From: Macrostomum lignano
Lineage: Eukaryota
DNA: 32,966 bases
NCBI GenBank assembly: GCA_002269645.1
Contig: NIVC01003677.1
Coordinates: forward strand, 50,374 to 83,339
Direction: 5' to 3'
A program made the position numbers and the translations under genes. The notes under the pieces were generated by a model, which ran no database searches, was not told where the DNA came from, and saw nothing but the letters and a program-made list of their open reading frames with translations. Below, one piece after another: positions 21,511 to 31,382 of this stretch. Within the stretch, counting starts at the first letter, position 1. Each line of letters begins with the position of its first letter.

Positions 21511-23298
21511 CTGAAAGAAAAAAATCAAGCATGATTGGTAACTCGTCGTTTTGTCAACCTCCTGCCCGGGATTCGGCCTTCGTTGGCCCTCGAGCTCAGA
21601 GGCGCACCCTGTGACGCTGCCTGTATTGACCTGACAGCGTATTTTGTTGCTATTGCTTTTTCATTGGGCAGAATGAAAGACTAACCCTATCAGAAAGTTT
21701 TTCCTGACTCAATGATGGTCATGTCTTCCTTTCTGTCCAAAACCATGCAGTTGCAATATTTTCTTAGCGAGAAATCGTTGTAGTATGTGAGCATGTAAGC
21801 CAGTCTAGCTGCTAGTTCATCTGACTAGTCTAGTACTCTCGTACGTATCAATTTGTGCAAAAACAATTCATTATGGTCAGGAACAACTAAAACATTTGGG
21901 ACTAGTGTTTTAGTTGTTCCTGATTATGGTAAAAAGTGGTAGAAGAAAGATTGTCGCGCACATTGTCTGTCCTTTGAACTGTCAAACAAAAGTTCACTTT
22001 TTTGTCTCGAAGGAAATAGCGATGTGTCGTCACAGGGAGGTTTTGCTTCAATTAGAGGATAATGGAGCATTTAGCTCAAGCTGTATGAAACGGTATTTTA
22101 CGAAGGAAATGAATTTGAACACGATTTCAGCCAGTAGCTCTCAAGTTTATAAATTTTGACAGCAATAAAAACCTCATCCATCAGACTTCGTGGCCATGCT
22201 TTCGATGCATCTGATATTCAATTCAGACAGCACAAAATTGGTGAAGGAAAATTTATATATTTTTGACAATTGCGGTCTTAATGTATTCCTGAGAGCTGGG
22301 CACTGCATCGCTCTCACTTTTTACTCGAGACGTCAGTTTTCAGATTACGAGCGTAATGGAGATGCAAATGCATATCTTTTTGGAAGCTGATAGACTGACT
22401 AATTTCGACAGCTAAATTCAATTGATAAAAGATGCATACGAAAAACAAGCTATCCATGCAATATTCATCCTCAAAATTCGGCTAACTTCTAACACTGAAT
22501 TGAATCAACATTGATAAAGACAGCGTTCTGAAGTTGTTACAGTTAAATTGCACAGCAAAGATAGTTTGTTCCTACAAGTGAAGTAAATTGTCGCTTTTCA
22601 TCTCTTCTCATCTCTCATGTTCATAACTTTTATGCCTACTAAAAGTAGAAAAACTAGAAAATGTTTGCAAATTTCCGAGGACCAAGTGGAAGCAGGGATT
22701 GGTGCTACGTCGATTGGTTTTTGAATACGGTAGCTGCCTTCGCCGAGGTACTGATCACACTACAAAGGCTGGAAGGCTGCAGAGTGAGCATTACGGCCAA
22801 AATCAAGTTAAACGAGCATATCATCAAGAATGGTGGCCTAAAGTGCCTCTCCTTGACTCATGCACTTCAGCCCAGGTCAGTTTAGAAGGAGGTACTAGTG
22901 GGCGATCTAGATCGAAGAGCACATTACCAAAAGCATTCTGTAGTTGCATCTTCCGCCACGTGAATTGTTCGAAATCGGACTCAAAAAACCTGACTTGTAC
23001 AATGCATAGCTTGGAACCTAGCCTTACAGTGCGTCCTTAGCCCTTCGATGAGGTTTTTATGCACAGTCCTGAAGATTGACGAAGGCAAGCTGATGGTTGA
23101 CAACGTCACGATTCTGAAAGCTGCGCGTATGCTTACCATCCATCAGTGACAACGTGCTCCAGAGAGAACGTTGTAATGAACCGTTGCAGCTTTGCGGTCG
23201 ACAACAGGAATCAAGACGCACTTCCTGGCACCATGCTCAAGCATGCTATACCCACTGGCCAGGCTAGTCTGCACTTTTATGATACTTTCGGCGATGAA

Positions 23299-23610
23299 GG
23301 GGGTTGTAGCGTCGGATAGAGCGTCTGACTCGCGACTTAAAGGTCGGGGTTCGATTCTCGATCCACTCGGAACAACTTGTGTCTCTGAGCAAGACACTTA
23401 CCTCTGCAAATGGGTACCGTGCAGCATTAGCTGGGTTAATTGAGGGTGTGCGTGGCGACCCCCCCACCTGTCTTTGGACTAAACAGCCGTAAGCAGACTT
23501 CAGATGCGCCGCGCAATACATGTACGCTCGTAGATGCGGATGAGCTGTCGGTTGCAAATTTGCCCCAATTAGGGCACGTTTAGTCAGTTATCATGATTAT
23601 TATTATTACG
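23299..23610 (+). mobile_element. tRNA-derived SINE family B with CORE-like domain
   Basis: GGGGGTTGTAGCGTCGGATAGAGCGTCTGACTC...GGTTCGATTC (B-box 23348-23357), then TTGTGTCTCTGAGCAAGACACTTACCTCTGCAAATGGGTACC (23377-23418) resembling the MIR/CORE block TGTGACCTTGGGCAAGTTACTTAAC...CTGTAAAATGGG. Possible (TTA)n tail at ~23597-23609; 3' end uncertain. Confidence 0.65.
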
Positions 23611-23812
23611 GTGAAAGAAGTAGGATTAATCTATCTCCATTTCAATGCCAGGATCATCAAGTTCCACTGGATAATTAATGAGGTACTGGGCAACATAAAT
23701 CTCTGCGAGTAATAAATTTTAGCCCAGTGACAATTGCATTATTGATGATGTTGCACTGCCGTTGGCACTTGTCCTGTTTTGCTTCTGTAGCCCAACACCA
23801 AATAAAATCTAG

Positions 23813-24880
23813 CAACTCGACGATTTCTGCATAGCTGCCCGGGACTACGAGGTCTGCCTGCAGCTGCACAATTTTCTGCTGGTCACCCTGCAGCGCCTCG
23901 GCTTTGAGATCAACTGGGCCAAGACGCAGAGCCCAGCCACTTCGGTCACTTTCCTGGGTGTGCAGATCGACACATTGACTGGCCTGCTGTCACTGCCCGC
24001 CGAGAAGATGGACGGCCTTCGAGAACTTCTCCAGGACTGCGCCAACTCGAAGAGCCTGCAAAAACGTCGCCTTCAGCACCTAGTCGGCAAACTGAACTGG
24101 TTCTGCAAAGTGGCCAAACCTGCAAAGGCCCTGCTTCGCGCGCTCCTGGAGATAACCATCGCTATTCCTGAGCAGCATCATCGAGTACCGGTGCGCGGCG
24201 AGCTACTGGCCCAGTTGCAGTTCTGGCAGCATGCAATCCCAGTGTTCCCGACCGACAAGCTGTGGCGGCGTGCACGAGTGCTGGCAGCGGTCGAGACGGA
24301 CGCCTGCGTCAGTTCCGGTGGCATGATCCTGAGCACCTCTGATGGCCAGCGCGAGTTCCGCCTCGTCGACTTCTGCAGTGACGCCGGTGGATCTTCATGA
24401 GCGAGCACATCAACGCCAAGGAGATGGTACTGCCGCTGCTCGCCATCATTCTGTTCCAGGAGCAGCTGGCCGGCGGCAAGGTGGCCTGCTAAGTCGACAG
24501 CAGCGCGGCGGTCGGCACCATCAACCGCGGTGCCTCCAGCAACCCGATCGTCATGACCCTGCTCAAAACGGCCACTCTGGCAGCGCTGAGGCACGACTTT
24601 CAGTTTCGAGCTCACCATATGCCGGGGTCCTGGCAGCTGCTGAGCGACCCACTGTCGCGCTGCCTGACGCATCCCCGCCACATGCTGCTGTTTCTGCTGC
24701 GCTACTTCGGCCGGGCCAAGGCGCAGCCGGAAGATCTGCGCAGGGCCTGCCTCAATGAGTCAACGGCGGCCCGGTTGCTTGAGCAGGCGTCGCTCGCGCT
24801 GAGCCCCGGTCTCTGGCGCGGTTCTCGAGCGGAGCGAGTTGCGACGGCTGAAGCAGATCCCGAGCTCAGGTACGAGTCTT
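23813..24880 (+). mobile_element. Decayed DIRS/Ngaro-type tyrosine-recombinase retrotransposon: C-terminal RT + RNase H + start of the recombinase N-terminal region
   Basis: LDDF at 23816-23827, LQRLGFEINWAK, VTFLGVQID, LQHLVGKLNW; RNase H motifs ETDAC, HINAKE, VDSSAAV, SDPLSR. Frameshift near 24389 and stop at 24490-24492. 5'-truncated at the RT catalytic motif; recombinase catalytic domain absent. Confidence 0.88.
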
Positions 24881-24987
24881 AGAGCTATTGCTTGGACCTG
24901 GCTTTTTTAGCTTGGTTTAATTTTTTCTGCGGCTCGTTGATTTGATTTTACACGCTTGTCTCCTTCCTCCCTCTTTCTGTTGGTGTT

Positions 24988-25393
24988 GGGGTTCGTTTTC
25001 CCTTTCTGGGCCGCGTCTGCCGGTCTTTTGTGCCACTTGCTTTTACTCTGCGTTAGTCTTTTGGGGTTTAATACGTCAGTTTGAGGCAGGTATCTGACTC
25101 TAACTGGTTTTAAACCCCCCCCGCGCCGGCCCGGCCTCGCTTTGGTGGGTTGGTGGGGTGCTGGTGCTCTGCGTGCGTGCAGGGCTTAGGGCAGCCTCCC
25201 CCCGCTCTGTGCTATTTAGTCACGCGTCGCGGCCGCTGAGTCGGCGTAATTTTGGCAAAATATTTTTTTCTCTTTTAAATTACAAAATCAATATATTTCG
25301 TCGCTTAAGGGGTTCGTTTTCCCTTTCTGGGCCGCGTCTGCCGGTCTTTTGTGCCACTTGCTTTTTCTCTGCGTTAGTCTTTTGGGGTTTAAT
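24988..25393 (+). repeat. 85-bp direct repeat (24988-25072 and 25309-25393, one mismatch) flanking a 236-bp spacer
   Basis: ggggttcgttttccctttctgggccgcgtctgccggtcttttgtgccacttgctttt(a/t)ctctgcgttagtcttttggggtttaat occurs twice. Confidence 0.9.
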
Positions 25394-26510
25394 GGAGAAT
25401 GATTTTAAATTAGTAATAAATTTTGTTTTAAACATCTAACAGACCTGAAACTGTTGAAAGTTCGTGCAATACTGAAAATTTAAATGTGGGAATAATTACT
25501 CAGAGGAATCAATCAGCCTATGTTTGTTCGAATTTATTTGCTAATATTTTTATTGTAGGTTCGCACTTACTAGTTGCTGGGCTTTCGGTCTCAAATGTGT
25601 CAGGAAAATCAGCCATCGATACTGAGTTCGATCGTTTCTTCGAATACCAGATAAGGTTTGGTTATATAAGAATTTTTTGTGTAATTAATCTGAAAAGGGG
25701 AAATTTGGATTTTTGGATGGAAAGTTAATATATACAATAAAGCTATTTTGTAATGTAAAACTAATTCTAAGCTAGCTAAGCTAGTAACTGTGTATATATA
25801 CTTCTATACTACTATATGCACTCGTACTCCTATACACTTGTAGATACACCTATATATTAACTAGCTAAGTTATACTAAACGTTGGTCAAAATAAAAAAGC
25901 AGACATTCGGTGACAAGCGGAAAACTCTTAGTTTCCTTTGATTTATTTGAATTGAGTTGTTGTACTTGATTAGATAATCGTTCATATTTAAATAAACAAT
26001 TGAATTAGGAATCAGCAATTTACGAGCCTGTTAGTTTTATGTTTACTATAAATAAATGAATCAGAGTAAGAGAAAAATATAATTCAGTGATGCACTACAA
26101 TCGAGGGCCAGTCGCAGTTTGCGATTTTGATACATTCAAATTCAAAAGATCGATTACATTAAATACAACTATAACATTTACTCGTACTCCAATGTTAGAA
26201 GTATTTCTTTAACTTCTTTCAATAAAACATTAAAAATCAGGAAAACTTTGTATTCATTTATAATGAGTTTTAATAATGAAAACATACACTAGGATAACGT
26301 TTTTCTCAATCAAAAATTCGGCAACGGTTAGTTATAGCGAGAGCAATTCTGCTGCTGTTTTTAACTTAGACTGGCTTAAACTGTTTAGAACAGTCACTGT
26401 ATATCGTCTTTCATTAAACAATAAAAACTAAATTTGTTCCATCGAGGCACTAATGAAAACACGCTCCTTTTGTAATAATTATGTTATTATACTACGTAGT
26501 AATTTATTAC

Positions 26511-26860
26511 GGGGGCCGTAGCCTTGTGGTCTAACGCGGCGTTCTGATGTGCCAGCGGCCCATACTCGATTCCAAGTGCAGTCAGCTTGGCTCTGCTCAT
26601 GCAAGTAACGGCCTTAAGGGCCAACCTCAAGACACAGTAAAGTGTACATGCCTAGCGATAAAAATTGTTAAAGCCACTGTACACCCCTGTGTGCGTGTGT
26701 GCCTTTACGAATGACTGTATACATATCCGCGCGCTTGCTTGTGTGCCTGCTTAGGGGAGCCGGCGGAATGGGCAGTAATGCCTCTCGCTGATTGTGTGAC
26801 AATGTCGCTTAAAGTGCACCAGGGTAAACAGCCCCCTGCCTCTAACCAAGAAGCTAACTA
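26511..26860 (+). mobile_element. tRNA-derived SINE family A, near-complete uninterrupted copy
   Basis: GGGGGCCGTAGCCTTGTGG (A-box-like)...ACTCGATTCCAAGTGCAGTCA (B-box-like); body shared with the copies at ~1300 and 12131-12370. Confidence 0.85.
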
Positions 26861-27148
26861 GCAGTTTATTAATTTAATATTTGTGTAAAAAGTCTTCAAA
26901 GTAAAACAAATTTACAAACGCCTATAAACAGGCGTTATCTATAATTGTCCCAACAGTTGTCAATAGTAAATTTTTTATGGTTTGAATGTTAAAATCATAT
27001 ATACCGCTCTCACAGAAATTCATCAGATTTTGAACCGCTAAGAAAAAATGTAAGGATTAAAATATAGCCACTGGTAGCTACAATATAAGCAATTAAACCT
27101 ATTCAGTCACCACAATAGTCAAATTGATAAACTGCCTCTGCGTAGATT

Positions 27149-28611
27149 TTACAACCGCATTTTTTGAAGAAGTTCCGTCACCTGAACCCTGCAGTCATTC
27201 GTTGTTTGGTTCCTAGCTGAATTGGCTTGTTGGCGCGATTCACGACTGCTTTGAGGAGGCTCATTGACTCGAATCCAAAATTTCTTGCTTGTCTGCACAG
27301 ACCACCAGGGCAGCTGGCTGATGCCCAGATTAAAAGTGGCGTTTTGCACCACATAATTAACGATAGGAACCATTGATGCAATGTCGCACTTGTCGGCGAA
27401 CAGGTCGAGAACAGTGCACAGACACTGGATGAACCGACTGCCTCTGTCTGTCATTCGGTAGCTGCTTTCATCCGGCGAAGTCGAGTGAGCGACGATCATG
27501 TCAGGAAAGAACGCCAGCTCTGATTTAGGCCATCGACCAGGGTCTCGACAGTTCTCAAAGATAACCAATTGCTGCTTTCTACTTGTGCGTTTTCCTTTGG
27601 AAATTCTCTTTAGAATTTTACTTTCCTTTGCTGATTCGCCGTCGAAACCAACTACTTCACCGAGACATCCGTGAGACATAAAAGCAACTACGACTGAGCT
27701 GCCGTGTCGTGCGTCACTGCAAAACATGTCTAATTCGCTTTCGATTTCTACTTTGGTGAGATTCGACCTGATGCTCACTGAGTAGCCAAGCCTGAGCAAA
27801 GTGTCAGCCATTCGCTGGCAGTCGTACTGACTTCCGAACCGAGTAGATAGTTCCTTTTTCTGAAAGACAACGTTGTGAACGATGAGGGCTACAGCCTTGC
27901 ACTCTTGAGTGTCTAATCCAGGTGCATTCCATTCGCTTCTGAAAGTCTCTAATCGGAGAGAACCTCTTATTGCTGGTCTCGTCTGCGTGTCGTCACTAAC
28001 GTCAATTGAAGTCAGATTTGGGTGCGATGAACTCTCTTCTATATAAAAGTTTTCAAGCCAAGTGATTCTCTTCCTCCAGCCTGGGTTTTCATCATTGACT
28101 TTGCAGTGCATTATGCCGTGATGGCAGGAATGGCAGGAAAAATCTCTACCAACCACAAAGCTGCCATTGAGAGAGATGTTCTTCCTGGGAGATTCCAGCA
28201 GGGAGTCCAGAAATTCAATCACGCCGCACCGATTCCTGCAAACTCTGACAACGCTGAACTTCTCGGGTAGCTCCTCTGGCATCTGAGTGTTCGCGAAATT
28301 CTCTTCAGACTCGGACACTTCGCAAAGAATAAGCAAAATGCTACTGCTGCACTTTTGAGACGATTGCTGTTTAGAAAGTTCATCGAATATTTCTTGCAAG
28401 ACGTTGTCGTTGCGATGCGTGCGTACAATTAGATAAAGGACAACATTTCCTTCAGTTTCTTTTGGAAGCCTGATGGCTGTCTTGATTGAGCTCGAATTGC
28501 CATCCGTGTAATCGAAGAGCACTTTGAAGGCTGCATACTCCAGAAACATCTGATAGTTTCTGGCCCCATCAAACTGTCCTTCGGTGAGAATCATCACAAA
28601 CCCTGTTCGAT
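27149..28611 (-). CDS. Exon 4: degenerate caspase fold + caspase (peptidase C14A-like) domain with intact His/Cys
   Basis: AVALIVHN...TRFGSQYDCQRMADTLLRLGYSV...VVVAFMSHG (His 27673-27671)...LVIFENCR (Cys 27550-27548)...DMIVAHST...SYRMTDRGSRFIQCLCTVL...QLP. Confidence 0.93.
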
Positions 28612-31382
28612 CTGAAATTAAAAAGTGCAAGTACGGCTGAGCTTTGCTGAGATTATCGAGTTTTATTGACTCATGCAAGCAAAGTTGTTCTTTAATACAT
28701 GAATCTAATAATGTTTATAACTCAAGCGTATCTTTCTGAAATACATGTACTTATCAGAAGGTTTTTAGATGAAATAATTCTTCATAGGATAAAAATGTTT
28801 GGACATCGCAGAAAAAAACGGAACAGATACCAGTATAATTAGAAGTGAGTAGTCTTGCAAAGATGTTGCACATAGCTTTATATGGCTATAACGCATGAAT
28901 CGGATCTCTACGTCGTAAGAGGTGTTTCTCGATAATTTAATATGCCACTTACCAATTCTGGCGCTTTTAGGTTCTTTAGATTTCTTCTCTAGACTTTGTT
29001 TAGGTTCTTTAGATTTCTTCTGTAGACTTTGTTGCGAAACCTCCTGACCGGTAGCTAAAAGCAAAATAGTGCAAATGATTATGCAATAATGATTTCTGCA
29101 TAGTTGTAACTTTTCAATTTCGACTTTGGCAAAAGTGAACAATTTTGACAACAACAAGGAGAGACTGAAGACGACTAGTGAAGTACCTCGACATAAATGT
29201 AAACACGGCCAAAGCAGTCAATCACAGATTTGTCATTCAAGATTGTATTGTTTAAAGGCAACTAGAAGGAACCGTTAGGTCAAAATTTACACCACCAGTG
29301 TCGCGCCCTAACACCAAAAAATGTTGGCGGTGGCACAAGCAGTCTGAGCTACAGAACTACAATGATATTGATCACAAAGAATTTTAAGTCACTTTGACAG
29401 TAACAGTGACAGTCATAATTTATCGTGTTGCCGAAGTTGAAGTCACTTTTGGCAAAGTTCGAATTGAAAAGTATACATGCATTGAGCTAAAAAAAGTGCT
29501 CTTACCCTGGATTCCGTCTGTTCCCATGATATAAAAGAGCTTGCCAGTCTGAATAAACCACTTGGGCACAGATTCATCTAGTCGTTTGTGCTCATTAATT
29601 ATGGTAATCATAGAGGCCACGTCCTCTGTGTGCCCATACTGTCTGAAAGTTTCGCACAGTGTCTGAATAAAAGCGCTGCCCTCTGCTCTTGTCACATCGC
29701 TACTAACTGATCGACCGAACACCATGCCGCTGTGTGGATGAACCTTGATGGTTGAATCATGCTTGCGAAAATAGGCCTGCAAACCGTCCACAGCATCTTC
29801 AATGATCTCATAAGTATTGCTGCTGAAACCATCAGTAACAGAGTCTGTCTGCAGTGTTGTGACATCCCACTCGTGCAGAATAAAGAGTCGGGGCTTGGCC
29901 TCGAGCTTTTCGCCAATAGCCAAGCTTTTGTACAAATTCATGACAGTAGAGCTGCTCAGCTGCTGCTGCGTCTGGGACAGCACGACAAGGATGCAGGAGT
30001 CACCGTGTTCAGTATCTTCTGAAAAAAGCTCGATCCTTCTTTTCAAGGCGTCATTGGAGCGGGTTTGCACGTCCGTTACAATGTAGCCAAGATTTTTTAG
30101 CATACGCATAACTCTGCTGCGGTCAACTTGCAGAGCAGAGTATAGAGAGTCTCCTCGGTCATAGTTGATGATGACCAACGCTCGAGGCTTTTTCGGATTG
30201 CGCCGATTCGGATAGATTATTGAGGCATTCTCGCGCATCCAATCAGTCGGTTTGTCTTGAGCAGCCTGCTCTGATGCTGCTGGTAAGGCATCAACTTCAT
30301 CAAGGTTGCTCTTGGGTTCCCTGATAAATTTGAAAATGTCGCGCAGGAAATCTCCACCGAGCTTTCCTTCTCTATGATACAGAGAAAGGGACTCGTAAGC
30401 GAGTGGTAGCTTCAATGCCGTCTCCAGGATAGAAAATATACTTTTAGTCTCCCAACTGCACCTGCAGTCATCCAGAAAGCTTCTATAGAAGCCCTGTACG
30501 CTTTTAGTTTCCTTAGCCACGACGTAAGCGATAGTTGTACACTTGTATTTAAAATTCGCATTCGAAAATTCGTTTGCAAGTTTCGTGTCATCCGGGCTTT
30601 CTTCACCAGCGCGACAAAATAATAAACATCTGTTTTGGCAGTTGGGAAATGTACCCATTGTCATGAAATCTAGGACGTCCTTCATGAAAGCATTGCCAGC
30701 TATCACGACTACAATTAGCTGCTGGACCTCGGAATTGTTCACGAAGTCGGATAGACACGAGCCCAGTTTGCTTTCATACTGCTGTTCCAGGCTCCTCTTT
30801 ACGTTAAAACTGCACTCTTTTAGAAAGTCGGCGTACTCATCTGTCACTGACTCACTGCCAGCGTCGAAGAACAGAGCCAATCTTCGGGAACCTTAAATAT
30901 CATTATTTGGCAGAGGGTTTTTCATAGTTGGTTATTCAACAAGGGATCAGCGGGTTTTCATTGCTATTGTAGCTTAGTTAAGTTCTATAACTCTAGTAGT
31001 AAGGGTCGCCGCTCTGAGCAAAGCAGAAATAGCTACAGGATTCTACTTGAAACTACCAGTCTCAACAGTGTAAAATCTGTACATCGCGTATTTTAGTTCG
31101 TTTGCAAGGAAAAATTTTAGCAAAACTTGTTGTAAAACTTACATAGTTCATCTTCAAATTTGAAATCATCGGCAGAACTACTTTCAAGAAGAGCTGAAAA
31201 GCAATAATAAAGACAACAGTGCGGTAGTGTTAACCTTCCTTTCGTAAAGTTCAGAAGAATGAGCTTAAAGTTCGACAGGTAAAAACTCTTCTATGGGAAT
31301 TTAAACTACATTCATCATTCAAAAAAGACCTACTTGACGGTCTTAAGCGTATAATTTTTTTCACGTCGGTGACCTCGCTCAT
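27149..31382 (-). CDS. Predicted 999-aa protein with four caspase-fold domains; exons 31382-31334, 30891-29506, 29054-28953, 28611-27149
   Basis: Donors GTAGGT (31333), GTAAGA (29505), GTAAGT (28952); acceptors atttaag (30892), gcttttag (29055), aatttcag (28612). All three introns are phase 1 and the frame is kept: 49+1386+102+1463 = 3000 nt. In-frame TAA 27 nt upstream of ATG 31382. Confidence 0.72.
28953..29054 (-). CDS. Exon 3: 102-nt Lys-rich linker with an internal 33-nt duplication
   Basis: ATGQEVSQ-QSLQKKSKEPK-QSLEKKSKEPK-SARI, bounded by a strong acceptor and a GTAAGT donor, both phase 1. Confidence 0.7.
29506..30891 (-). CDS. Exon 2: two catalytically dead caspase-fold domains
   Basis: PRALVIINY...DRSRVMRMLKNLGYIV...HGDSCILVVLSQT (His to Gln)...KPRLFILHEW (QAC lost)...GSAFIQTLCETF. 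The N-terminal half also follows caspase secondary-structure order. The ORF reads on to a stop at 29420 if the donor is skipped. Confidence 0.88.

Noticed and set aside
24178-24758. Overlapping GC-rich ORFs 24178-24681 (minus) and 24342-24758 (plus)
   Set aside because: Shadow frames of the GC-rich RT/RNase H sequence.
26491-26500. Palindrome ACTACGTAGT resembling fused foldback termini (excision footprint)
   Set aside because: Only 8 nt match each end, with no TSD; expected by chance in 33 kb.
26511-26585. Functional tRNA genes at the SINE heads (also 20140-20216 and 23299-23365)
   Set aside because: No complete cloverleaf, and each head continues into a repeated SINE body.
28612-28678. 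ORF-track N-terminus MHESIKLDNLSKAQPYLHFLIS of the 509-aa caspase ORF
   Set aside because: It ends in a pyrimidine-rich tract and acceptor (tttttaatttcag); better explained as intron, since a phase-matched upstream exon exists.
28765-29157. 130-aa ORF as a separate membrane protein
   Set aside because: Only its central 102 nt, between strong splice sites, looks coding; the rest is AT-rich intron-like sequence.
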